Shown: in pieces, positions 1 to 6,637 of the stretch | Layout: each line of letters begins with the position of its first letter | Numbering within the stretch: the stretch's first letter is position 1 | Origin: Candidatus Peregrinibacteria bacterium | Lineage (GTDB): Bacteria > Patescibacteriota > Gracilibacteria > UBA1369 > LOWO2-01-FULL-3 | DNA: 38,571 nt | Assembly: GCA_016186245.1 (NCBI GenBank) | Contig: JACPLZ010000024.1 | Span: 17,941-56,511, forward strand | Direction: 5' to 3' | Position numbers and translations under genes: made by a program | The notes under the pieces: generated by a model | Databases searched by the model: none | What the model saw: the letters and a program-made list of their open reading frames with translations, nothing else | Told to the model about the DNA's origin: nothing

Positions 1-13
1 TCCTCTCCCGTAT

Positions 14-28
14 CTTGTTTCAGGATCT
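14..28. repeat. Partial copy of the hairpin-repeat family (CTTGTTTCAGGATCT)
   Basis: This 15-mer is identical to the end of the third unit at 26853-26867. It lies at the window edge, so the element is probably truncated by the window. Confidence 0.5.
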
Positions 29-50
29 CATATCACCTGACGAAAAAAAA

Positions 51-59
51 TGATACAAT
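51..59 (+). promoter_or_regulatory. Extended -10 element TGATACAAT upstream of pyk
   Basis: It matches TGnTAnAAT and ends 27 nt before the pyk ATG. The identical TGATACAATCCC string precedes manC at 4466. Confidence 0.45.
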
Positions 60-86
60 CCCACAAGATCGCAAACCTTCCTCCTC

Positions 87-1097
87 ATGCTCCGCAAAAC
101 AAAAATTATTTGCACTCTGGGACCGGCCTCAGATTCACTGACTGAAATTACCAGACTCATTCAGGCCGGCATGGATATCGCGCGCCTTAACATGTCTCAT
201 GGCAGCTACAAACATCATGCCAAGATGATTAAAAACATCCGCGCTGCCGAAAAAAATCTTCACAAAAAAATCCCCATTCTTCTCGATTTACAGGGGCCAA
301 AAATCCGCATCGGAAAGCTAAAAAATCCAATCAATATCAAACATGGCGAAATAATCGCGCTCGGAAATTCTGCAAAAAACAGCATCCCTGTCACCTATCC
401 GCGCCTCACAAAATATCTCAAAAAAAATGACCTTATCCGAATCAACGACGGACAATTGGAAGTAAAAGTTCTGAAAAAATCAGATCACAAATTGGTATGC
501 AAGGTTTTGACCGGAGGCACGATAAACTACGGCAATGGCCTAAACTTCCCCACAAACACAATCTCACAAAACACCATTACGTCAAAAGACAAAAAAGACC
601 TCAAATTCGGGCTTAAACAAAAAGTAAATATAATCGCTCTTTCGTTCGTCAAAGAAGCAAAAGACATCAAAAATCTCCGCAAACTGGCGCCAAAGACACC
701 AATCATCGCCAAAATTGAACGCCATGAAGCCATAAAAAATCTGGAATCAATCATTAAAGAATCCGATGGCGTGATGGTCGCGCGCGGCGATCTCGGAGCA
801 GACATCCCTCCGGAGCAGGTACCGATAATCCAGAAAAAAATCATCACCCTGGCCAACCTCATTAACAAACCGGTAATTACAGCAACCCAGGTTATGTACA
901 GTATGATCCAAAATCCAACGCCCACGCGCGCCGAAGTTTCCGATGCTGCAAATGCAGTATTTGATCACAGCGATGCAATTTTATTATCGAATGAAACATC
1001 TGTAGGAAAATATCCGTTTAAAGCCGCAAAAATTCTGAAAAAAATTATTATCGCCGCAGAAAATAGCACAGCTGACCATGAGGCAAGCTCAGGGTAA
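87..1097 (+). CDS. pyk: Pyruvate kinase, A and B domains only (336 aa, no C-terminal domain)
   Basis: The N-terminus MLRKTKIICTLGPAS, the motifs LLDLQGPKIRIG and MVARGDLG, and the ending ETSVGKYP are all pyruvate kinase signatures. The ORF stops about 130 aa short of typical bacterial pyruvate kinases. Confidence 0.85.
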   Translation: MLRKTKIICTLGPASDSLTEITRLIQAGMDIARLNMSHGSYKHHAKMIKNIRAAEKNLHKKIPILLDLQGPKIRIGKLKNPINIKHGEIIALGNSAKNSIPVTYPRLTKYLKKNDLIRINDGQLEVKVLKKSDHKLVCKVLTGGTINYGNGLNFPTNTISQNTITSKDKKDLKFGLKQKVNIIALSFVKEAKDIKNLRKLAPKTPIIAKIERHEAIKNLESIIKESDGVMVARGDLGADIPPEQVPIIQKKIITLANLINKPVITATQVMYSMIQNPTPTRAEVSDAANAVFDHSDAILLSNETSVGKYPFKAAKILKKIIIAAENSTADHEASSG

Positions 1098-1112
1098 ACT
1101 CCGCAATGCGCG

Positions 1113-1589
1113 ATGGATCCAGGCACCGCCACAACAGGATTCAGCATCATCGAAAACCAAAAGGGTAAAATCACTCTGCTGGATTATGGCTGCATAAAAA
1201 CAAAATCCGGCCTGCAACCGGCCATAAGACTCCAGCAGATCGCCGATGATCTGAAATATCTCCTCGCAAAATGGCAGCCGCAAAAAGCTTCCATCGAAAA
1301 AATATTTTTCAGAAAAAACATTAAGACGGCAATTGGAGTCGCCCAGGCCCGCGGCGTGCTTTTGCAAAAACTGACCGAGCAGGGCATCGAACCAAACGAA
1401 TACACACCGCTCGAAATCAAAGCTTCAATTTGCGGATATGGACGCGCAGACAAGGAAATGGTGCAAAAAATGATAAAATTAACGCTGGGATTGCAGGAAA
1501 CACCGAAACCGGACGATGCCGCCGATGCCATAGCCGCCGCAATCTGCCTTGCAAATTCATTAGCCTTAAGCCAGGCCATCCATCAATGA
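1113..1589 (+). CDS. ruvC: Crossover junction endodeoxyribonuclease RuvC
   Basis: MDPGTATTGFSII matches the RuvC IDPG..TG motif, and the protein has a conserved ...PDDAADAIAAAICLA C-terminal region. It is 158 aa. Its stop overlaps the next start (ATGA). Confidence 0.85.
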   Translation: MDPGTATTGFSIIENQKGKITLLDYGCIKTKSGLQPAIRLQQIADDLKYLLAKWQPQKASIEKIFFRKNIKTAIGVAQARGVLLQKLTEQGIEPNEYTPLEIKASICGYGRADKEMVQKMIKLTLGLQETPKPDDAADAIAAAICLANSLALSQAIHQ

Positions 1590-2875
1590 ACAAATTTCTC
1601 ACAATATTATGGATAATCATAGTCGCCGGAAGCATATTTCTGGCATTCAATTTATTTGAACCGGAAAGCGGCGGAGAAAACAGGCAAATCACGGAAAATA
1701 GCGACAGTAAAAAACCTGAAATATTATCACAATCCACAACCGAGCTCCTTCAACGCGGCGAAAAAAATCTTAAAAACAATGAGCCTACGCAAGCCAAAAA
1801 AGCTTTCACCACAGCCTTAAAACGCACTCCAAACTCTACTACTCTCAAACTGGCGCTCGCCCGCGCCCATTTAAATTCCCGCGAAATTGAAGAAGCCCAA
1901 AAAATCATCTGGCAGCTCAATGATCAAAATTCCGAGGTAAAATATTACAAAGGCATCATTCTTATTCTTTACAAAGAATTGGATAAAGCCAAAAATATTT
2001 TCCAGGAATTGGCAACAACAAAACTGGCCGATAAAAGCCAAAAATTCATTGACGCTTTCACTACATTTTCCTATTACAGCGAAGCGGATCAGGAATTTCT
2101 CACCCTCCTTCTCGCAAAAGCAATGACCGACAACGGTGAATTTGCAGCCGCCATTCCAATCATTTTTGATATCCTGGTCACAAAAAACAATTATCGCGAC
2201 GCATGGATTGTGCTCGGCTACGCCTACCTGAACACCGGAAAAACCAAAGATGCAATTGATGCTTTCTCTCAAGCTGAAGCGCTTGCCGCCAACAAGCCGG
2301 AAACCCTGTTTTTTCTCGGCCTGGCGCATGCCGCAAATAATGAAATAGACAAGGCCATTAAATATATCGAAAAAGCCGACCAGGCCGGATATGAACCGAA
2401 AGATCAAATTCAGCTGAAACTCGGAGATTTATATCTGCTGAAAGATGAATTCAAAAAAGCCGCGCAGAAATACCAGGAAGTCATCGCTCTCAACCATCAA
2501 AGCATCGATATTTTTGTCCGCACAGTCTGGCTGCATATAGAAAAAACCGGAAATCTGCAGGAAGCGGCAAAAGTGGCTTTGCAGTCAATAAAATATCATC
2601 CACAAAAAGCCATGGCATACAATCTTGCAGGCTGGGCATACACCGCTCTCGGAGACTACGGCAATGCAAAAAAGAATCTTGAAAAAGCGCTTTCTCTTGA
2701 TGATAAATTTGATATCGCACATCTCAATCTTGGCTGGCTTTATGAAAAAAAAGGCAACATAAAACTCGCGCAGGAATATTACAAACGCGCCTACATCCTT
2801 GGCAAAAAAAATTCCATTGGCAAGCTCGCCGCAATCCGCTTTAATAACTTACAGATAAACGTATCCAAACCATGA
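1586..2875 (+). CDS. Membrane-anchored TPR-repeat protein
   Basis: The internal ATG at 1586 gives MNKFLTILWIIIVAGSIFLAF, an N-terminal TM helix, and overlaps the ruvC stop. Repeated TPR-like A..Y/A..A.. helices follow (e.g. AWIVLGYAYLNTGKTKDAIDAF, AYNLAGWAYTALGDYGNAKKNLEKAL). The 1430 start in the ORF track would overlap ruvC. Confidence 0.7.
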   Translation: MNKFLTILWIIIVAGSIFLAFNLFEPESGGENRQITENSDSKKPEILSQSTTELLQRGEKNLKNNEPTQAKKAFTTALKRTPNSTTLKLALARAHLNSREIEEAQKIIWQLNDQNSEVKYYKGIILILYKELDKAKNIFQELATTKLADKSQKFIDAFTTFSYYSEADQEFLTLLLAKAMTDNGEFAAAIPIIFDILVTKNNYRDAWIVLGYAYLNTGKTKDAIDAFSQAEALAANKPETLFFLGLAHAANNEIDKAIKYIEKADQAGYEPKDQIQLKLGDLYLLKDEFKKAAQKYQEVIALNHQSIDIFVRTVWLHIEKTGNLQEAAKVALQSIKYHPQKAMAYNLAGWAYTALGDYGNAKKNLEKALSLDDKFDIAHLNLGWLYEKKGNIKLAQEYYKRAYILGKKNSIGKLAAIRFNNLQINVSKP

Positions 2876-3672
2876 TTTTATTCACAGCAGCACTGGTCTT
2901 CATTTTCGGAAGCATAATCGGCAGTTTTTTGAGTGTCGTAACCTACCGGCTTGATAAAGAGGACCGCGGAATGGTTTTTGGCCGATCAATTTGCCCAAAC
3001 TGTAAACAAAAAATCAAATGGCGGCATCTTGTGCCGATTTTCAGCTGGCTTTTTTTAAGAGGAAAATGTGCAAATTGCGGAAAAAATATTTCCTTTCACT
3101 ATCTCGCTCTGGAAGTAATTACCGGAATAATTTTTGCCGTTATTTTTTTGCGTTGGAATTTTATAGATACGATCCCAATAAATGGAATCAATTGGGAAAT
3201 TTTTCAGCAATTTTTCTTTTACATAATTGAGTTCAGCTTTCTCGTCGCAATATTTTTCTATGATTTTTTGCATAAGGAAATTCCGGACAAACTTTCGCTG
3301 CCGGCAATTGTCATCGCTTTCGCCGGAGGATGGATATTTAATTCTCCGACAATTATGAACATGCTGATCGGCGGTGGCAGCATCGCAGCATTTTTTCTCC
3401 TTCAATTTTTACTTTCAAAAGGCGCATGGATCGGCGGAGGAGACATCAGACTGGGAGCTTTGATCGGAATTTTGCTTGGCTGGGAACTCGGTTTACTGGC
3501 AACCGTAATAGCCTATTTTTCAGGAGCAATCATAAGCATTCCCCTGCTTTTGCAGAAAAAACTGACAAGGAAATCCACGATTCCTTTTGGACCATTTCTC
3601 ATCTTCGGAGCAACCATAAGTCTCTTTTTTGGAACAAAAATCCTTGAGTGGTATTTTTCGACGCTGATTTAA
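2872..3672 (+). CDS. pilD: Type IV prepilin leader peptidase (peptidase A24 family)
   Basis: It has an N-terminal TM and a zinc-ribbon-like CPNCKQKIKWRHLVPIFSWLFLRGKCANCG motif. It is a polytopic membrane protein with the GGGDIRL Asp motif. A 4-nt ATGA overlap links it to the TPR gene. Confidence 0.85.
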   Translation: MILFTAALVFIFGSIIGSFLSVVTYRLDKEDRGMVFGRSICPNCKQKIKWRHLVPIFSWLFLRGKCANCGKNISFHYLALEVITGIIFAVIFLRWNFIDTIPINGINWEIFQQFFFYIIEFSFLVAIFFYDFLHKEIPDKLSLPAIVIAFAGGWIFNSPTIMNMLIGGGSIAAFFLLQFLLSKGAWIGGGDIRLGALIGILLGWELGLLATVIAYFSGAIISIPLLLQKKLTRKSTIPFGPFLIFGATISLFFGTKILEWYFSTLI

Positions 3673-3702
3673 AAACAAATTATTTACCGTGAGCCGCCCG
3701 TT

Positions 3703-3750
3703 GTCATGGTGAGCCAAGCCTGCCCTGAGCCTGCCGAAGGGAACCATGAC
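3703..3750. repeat. Hairpin repeat (GTCATGGTGAGCC...GAACCATGAC) at the pilD/gpmA convergent junction
   Basis: The inverted arms GTCATGGT (3703-3710) and ACCATGAC (3743-3750) flank GAGCC...CCTGAGCC...CGAAGGG. The element is related to copies at 19331, 26800 and 38484. Confidence 0.7.
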
Positions 3751-4405
3751 ACTCCAAATAGTAATGCCTCACCGGCTTCAAATTCTCATCCAATTCATAA
3801 ACAAGCGGCACACCGGTCGGAATATTCAATTCAGGAATTTTCTCATCCGAAATATTATCCAGATATTTCACCAGAGCCCGCAAACTGTTGCCATGAGCCG
3901 AAATCAACACACGCTTTCCAGCCTGAAGCGCCGGCGCAATTTCCTCCTCCCAATACGGCAAAAATCTCTCCACAGTATCTTTCAGAGACTCCACCGGCGG
4001 CTCCCCTTCACGATACCGTGAATCATCTTTGGTCAAAGCCGGCGGCCTCACATCATAACTGCGCCGCCAAATATGCACCTGCCCATCGCCATATTTCAAA
4101 GCAGTTTCAGCCTTATTTAAGCCCTGCAAAGCACCATAATGTCTTTCATTGAGCCGCCATGATTTATGTACAGGAATTTCCGAATGCCCCATTTCCTTCA
4201 AAACAATTTCCATTGTCCGCACCGCCCTTTTCAACACCGAAGTAAACACAACATCAAAAACAAAACCCGCCTTTTTCAAAAGCCGCCCCGCAGTAATCGC
4301 CTCCTGCTCCCCTTTCTCGCTCAAATCCACATCCGTCCATCCTGTAAAACGGTTCTCCTTATTCCATAAACTTTCCCCATGCCTCAATAAAACAAGCTTA
4401 ATCAT
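3704..4405 (-). CDS. gpmA: 2,3-bisphosphoglycerate-dependent phosphoglycerate mutase
   Basis: [32 protein letters not shown] contains the RHGE catalytic motif, and GNSLRAL and [17 protein letters not shown] are also present. The start at 4405 was chosen over the 4537 start in the ORF track. The last ~16 aa are encoded by the repeat. Confidence 0.85.
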   Translation of the reverse strand: MIKLVLLRHGESLWNKENRFTGWTDVDLSEKGEQEAITAGRLLKKAGFVFDVVFTSVLKRAVRTMEIVLKEMGHSEIPVHKSWRLNERHYGALQGLNKAETALKYGDGQVHIWRRSYDVRPPALTKDDSRYREGEPPVESLKDTVERFLPYWEEEIAPALQAGKRVLISAHGNSLRALVKYLDNISDEKIPELNIPTGVPLVYELDENLKPVRHYYLECHGSLRQAQGRLGSP

Positions 4406-4412
4406 CAAAGTT

Positions 4413-4418
4413 ACTATA
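4413..4418 (-). promoter_or_regulatory. -10 box TATAGT, 7 nt upstream of the gpmA ATG (leaderless start)
   Basis: The reverse complement reads TTTATAGTAACTTTG-ATG, and no Shine-Dalgarno site is present. Confidence 0.45.
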
Positions 4419-4465
4419 AAGGAACCTATGAAAAACTTCCAACCTACTGCAATTTTCCCATTTTC

Positions 4466-4474
4466 TGATACAAT
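4466..4474 (+). promoter_or_regulatory. Extended -10 TGATACAAT, 7 nt upstream of the manC-like ATG (leaderless start)
   Basis: The sequence reads TGATACAATCCCCCAC-ATG, and no Shine-Dalgarno site is present. Confidence 0.55.
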
Positions 4475-4481
4475 CCCCCAC

Positions 4482-5483
4482 ATGAAAGCAGTAATCCTGG
4501 CTGGAGGAGGCGGTACAAGACTTTGGCCGCTTTCCACTCCGGAAAAACCAAAACAGTTTCAGAAACTGGTCGGAGACAAAACCATGCTAGAGCAGACCAT
4601 TGACCGGCTCGACTTCCTAAAGCCCGCAGACATTTATCTCGCCATCAATCGGCAGCACATAAACCTTGTCAAAAAACTTTGCCCAAAAATTCCTTCAAAG
4701 AACTTTATCATCGAACCTGCATTGCGCGATACAGCATCTTGTATCGGGCTTGCCGCAGCCATAATCCAAAAAAACACTCCCGATGAAATAATGGCCGTAA
4801 TTTACGCCGACCACCTCATTCAAAATAAAAAAGAATTCCAGACAAAATTGCAAAAAGCCGAAAAAATCGCCAGACAACATGACACCCTCAACATTGTTGA
4901 GGTCGAAGCCAAAGAACCAAACACCCACTACGGCTACATAAAACTCGGCAAACAGATTGATCAGGACACCTATCACCTCGGCAGCTTCAAGGAAAAACCC
5001 GATCTCAAAACCGCCAAAAAATTCCTAAAATCTGGAAATTATCTCTGGAACACGGGAATTTATGTATGGAAAGCCTCCACTCTCTTAAAATATTATCAGA
5101 AATTCCAGCCGAAAAGTTTTGATATTTTTCAGAAAATAATAAAAACCGGCGATTTCACTCCATATAAAAATCTCGAAAAAATCTCCATCGACTATGCAAT
5201 CATGGAAAAAATAGACACCAAAAACGTCCGCATAATAAAAGCAAATCTCGGCTGGTCGGATATCGGCAACTGGGAAGCAGTCTGGAAAGAATTCGCCAAA
5301 AAACCAACCGACAACATCACCCGCGGCCCGGTAAAACTCCTAGATTGCAGCGGATGTCTTGTCTATGCCGACAATAACAAAGAACTTCGCGCAATCGGCC
5401 TCAAAGACATGGCCATCATAGACACGCCAAAAGGCCTGCTGGTCTGCAAAAAAGACAAGAGCAGGAAGGTAAAAGACTTGTGA
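4482..5483 (+). CDS. Mannose-1-phosphate guanylyltransferase-like nucleotidyltransferase (GMP domain only)
   Basis: [26 protein letters not shown] is the sugar-nucleotidyltransferase G-loop, and the body is ManC-like ([19 protein letters not shown]). The 5' part of the ORF-track ORF (4149-) is antisense to gpmA and was rejected. Confidence 0.8.
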   Translation: MKAVILAGGGGTRLWPLSTPEKPKQFQKLVGDKTMLEQTIDRLDFLKPADIYLAINRQHINLVKKLCPKIPSKNFIIEPALRDTASCIGLAAAIIQKNTPDEIMAVIYADHLIQNKKEFQTKLQKAEKIARQHDTLNIVEVEAKEPNTHYGYIKLGKQIDQDTYHLGSFKEKPDLKTAKKFLKSGNYLWNTGIYVWKASTLLKYYQKFQPKSFDIFQKIIKTGDFTPYKNLEKISIDYAIMEKIDTKNVRIIKANLGWSDIGNWEAVWKEFAKKPTDNITRGPVKLLDCSGCLVYADNNKELRAIGLKDMAIIDTPKGLLVCKKDKSRKVKDL

Positions 5484-5498
5484 ACAGAAGCGACAAAA

Positions 5499-5507
5499 TG
5501 ATATAAT
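5499..5507 (+). promoter_or_regulatory. Extended -10 TGATATAAT upstream of the orphan ORF
   Basis: This is a perfect TGnTATAAT. It overlaps the first ATG (5506) of the ORF-track ORF, which favours the ATG at 5533 as the real start. Confidence 0.45.
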
Positions 5508-5532
5508 GAGGTGTCAAACATATAAGCATAGT

Positions 5533-6180
5533 ATGCCGGAAACACCTCCCGAAAACCTGGAAGTCGACACGGAAAAACATCGCAAAATAGTCGATAGGCT
5601 TAAACGTAAACAATCTCCAAAAAAACAACCGGTCAAGCCCGGACAAATCGACCCGCCGGCAGTCAAAACATCAATACACGCAAAAATAGTAAATACGCTT
5701 ACGGCAGCGCGGGAGCTCCACGTTCCTGCAGAAACAGATTTTTTGTCCGCAAAACGCAAAATAATTGCACATTTGAAAGATATCGAAGACAGGACATCGG
5801 ATGTACAGGGAATCCTCCATGAAACAAGCACAATTGCTTTCGGCCCATCGCTCGATTTAGTGTATTCCGACAATCCAAGAGATATCGAAATAGGAATTCG
5901 TTATCTGACAGAAGCACTGCATCAAATAGGCCAACTATTTGAATTGGAAAATATAAAATCTGAAATAGTCAAAGAAATATTCTTCAGTATCAAAACGTTT
6001 CTCAACGAAATCATAGATGCCTGGATAGAGAATGAACCAACGAAAAACGTAAATAGATTTCATGTTAGCATCCTGACAACCTACGAACAGCTAAGCTCTT
6101 TTCTCAAAGGTTTAAGGCTTGGCTACGAACTCCAGGAATCTCCCAACCCGGACACCGGCGAATATCCTCCACTTTCCTAA
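5533..6180 (+). CDS. Hypothetical protein (215 aa), no recognisable family
   Basis: It is a long ORF in the same orientation as its neighbours, with a basic N-terminus and a helical remainder. No motif was recognised. The start is uncertain (5506 or 5533). Confidence 0.5.
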   Translation: MPETPPENLEVDTEKHRKIVDRLKRKQSPKKQPVKPGQIDPPAVKTSIHAKIVNTLTAARELHVPAETDFLSAKRKIIAHLKDIEDRTSDVQGILHETSTIAFGPSLDLVYSDNPRDIEIGIRYLTEALHQIGQLFELENIKSEIVKEIFFSIKTFLNEIIDAWIENEPTKNVNRFHVSILTTYEQLSSFLKGLRLGYELQESPNPDTGEYPPLS

Positions 6181-6210
6181 AAACAGTTTTTCGAGTATAT
6201 TGCGCGGGAC

Positions 6211-6618
6211 ATGAATCACGACAAACCCGTCGAAATAAAACTCAAACCCTGGGGAAAAGAAATCTGGTTTGCCAATAACGACAAATACGCCGGTAAAATT
6301 CTTCATATCCTCGGAGGCCACCGCTACAGCCTCCAGTTTCATGAAAAAAAACAGGAAACCCAATATATTTACAGCGGCAAAGTCAAACTTACTTACGGCA
6401 CAGACCAAAACAACCTGCAAGAGAAAATTTTAAACAAAGGTGACAAAATAGACGTCCATCCATATACTATCCACCGCCTCGAAGCCATTGAGGACAGTGA
6501 AGTGTTTGAAGTATCAACCCCCGAGCTCGACGACGTGGTAAAACTGGCCGACGATTACGGCCGCAGCGGCAAGGGCAATGACCACGCTTTGGACTCCAAT
6601 TTACATAAGAATCTCTGA
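6211..6618 (+). CDS. Cupin-domain protein equivalent to the C-terminal cupin of type II phosphomannose isomerase/ManC
   Basis: KPWGKEIWF..KILHILGGHRYSLQFHEKKQETQYIYSG...IHRLEA...EVSTPELDDVVKLADDYGR parallels the ManC C-terminal motifs PWG, SLQ.H..R.E, HRLEN and EDDIVR.EDDYGR. Confidence 0.75.
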   Translation: MNHDKPVEIKLKPWGKEIWFANNDKYAGKILHILGGHRYSLQFHEKKQETQYIYSGKVKLTYGTDQNNLQEKILNKGDKIDVHPYTIHRLEAIEDSEVFEVSTPELDDVVKLADDYGRSGKGNDHALDSNLHKNL

Positions 6619-6637
6619 AAAACTATTAACCAATAAT

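Noticed and set aside
1430-1585. 5' extensions of ORF-track ORFs. These are 1430 for the TPR gene, 4149 for manC, 6578 for secDF, 4537 for gpmA, 29311 for tpiA, 23523 for dnaG and 19369 for the small membrane protein.
   Set aside because: The extensions overlap the upstream gene or translate promoter or repeat DNA. Homology, or a signal or TM segment, begins at an internal ATG, which is usually preceded by a -10 box at 6-9 nt.
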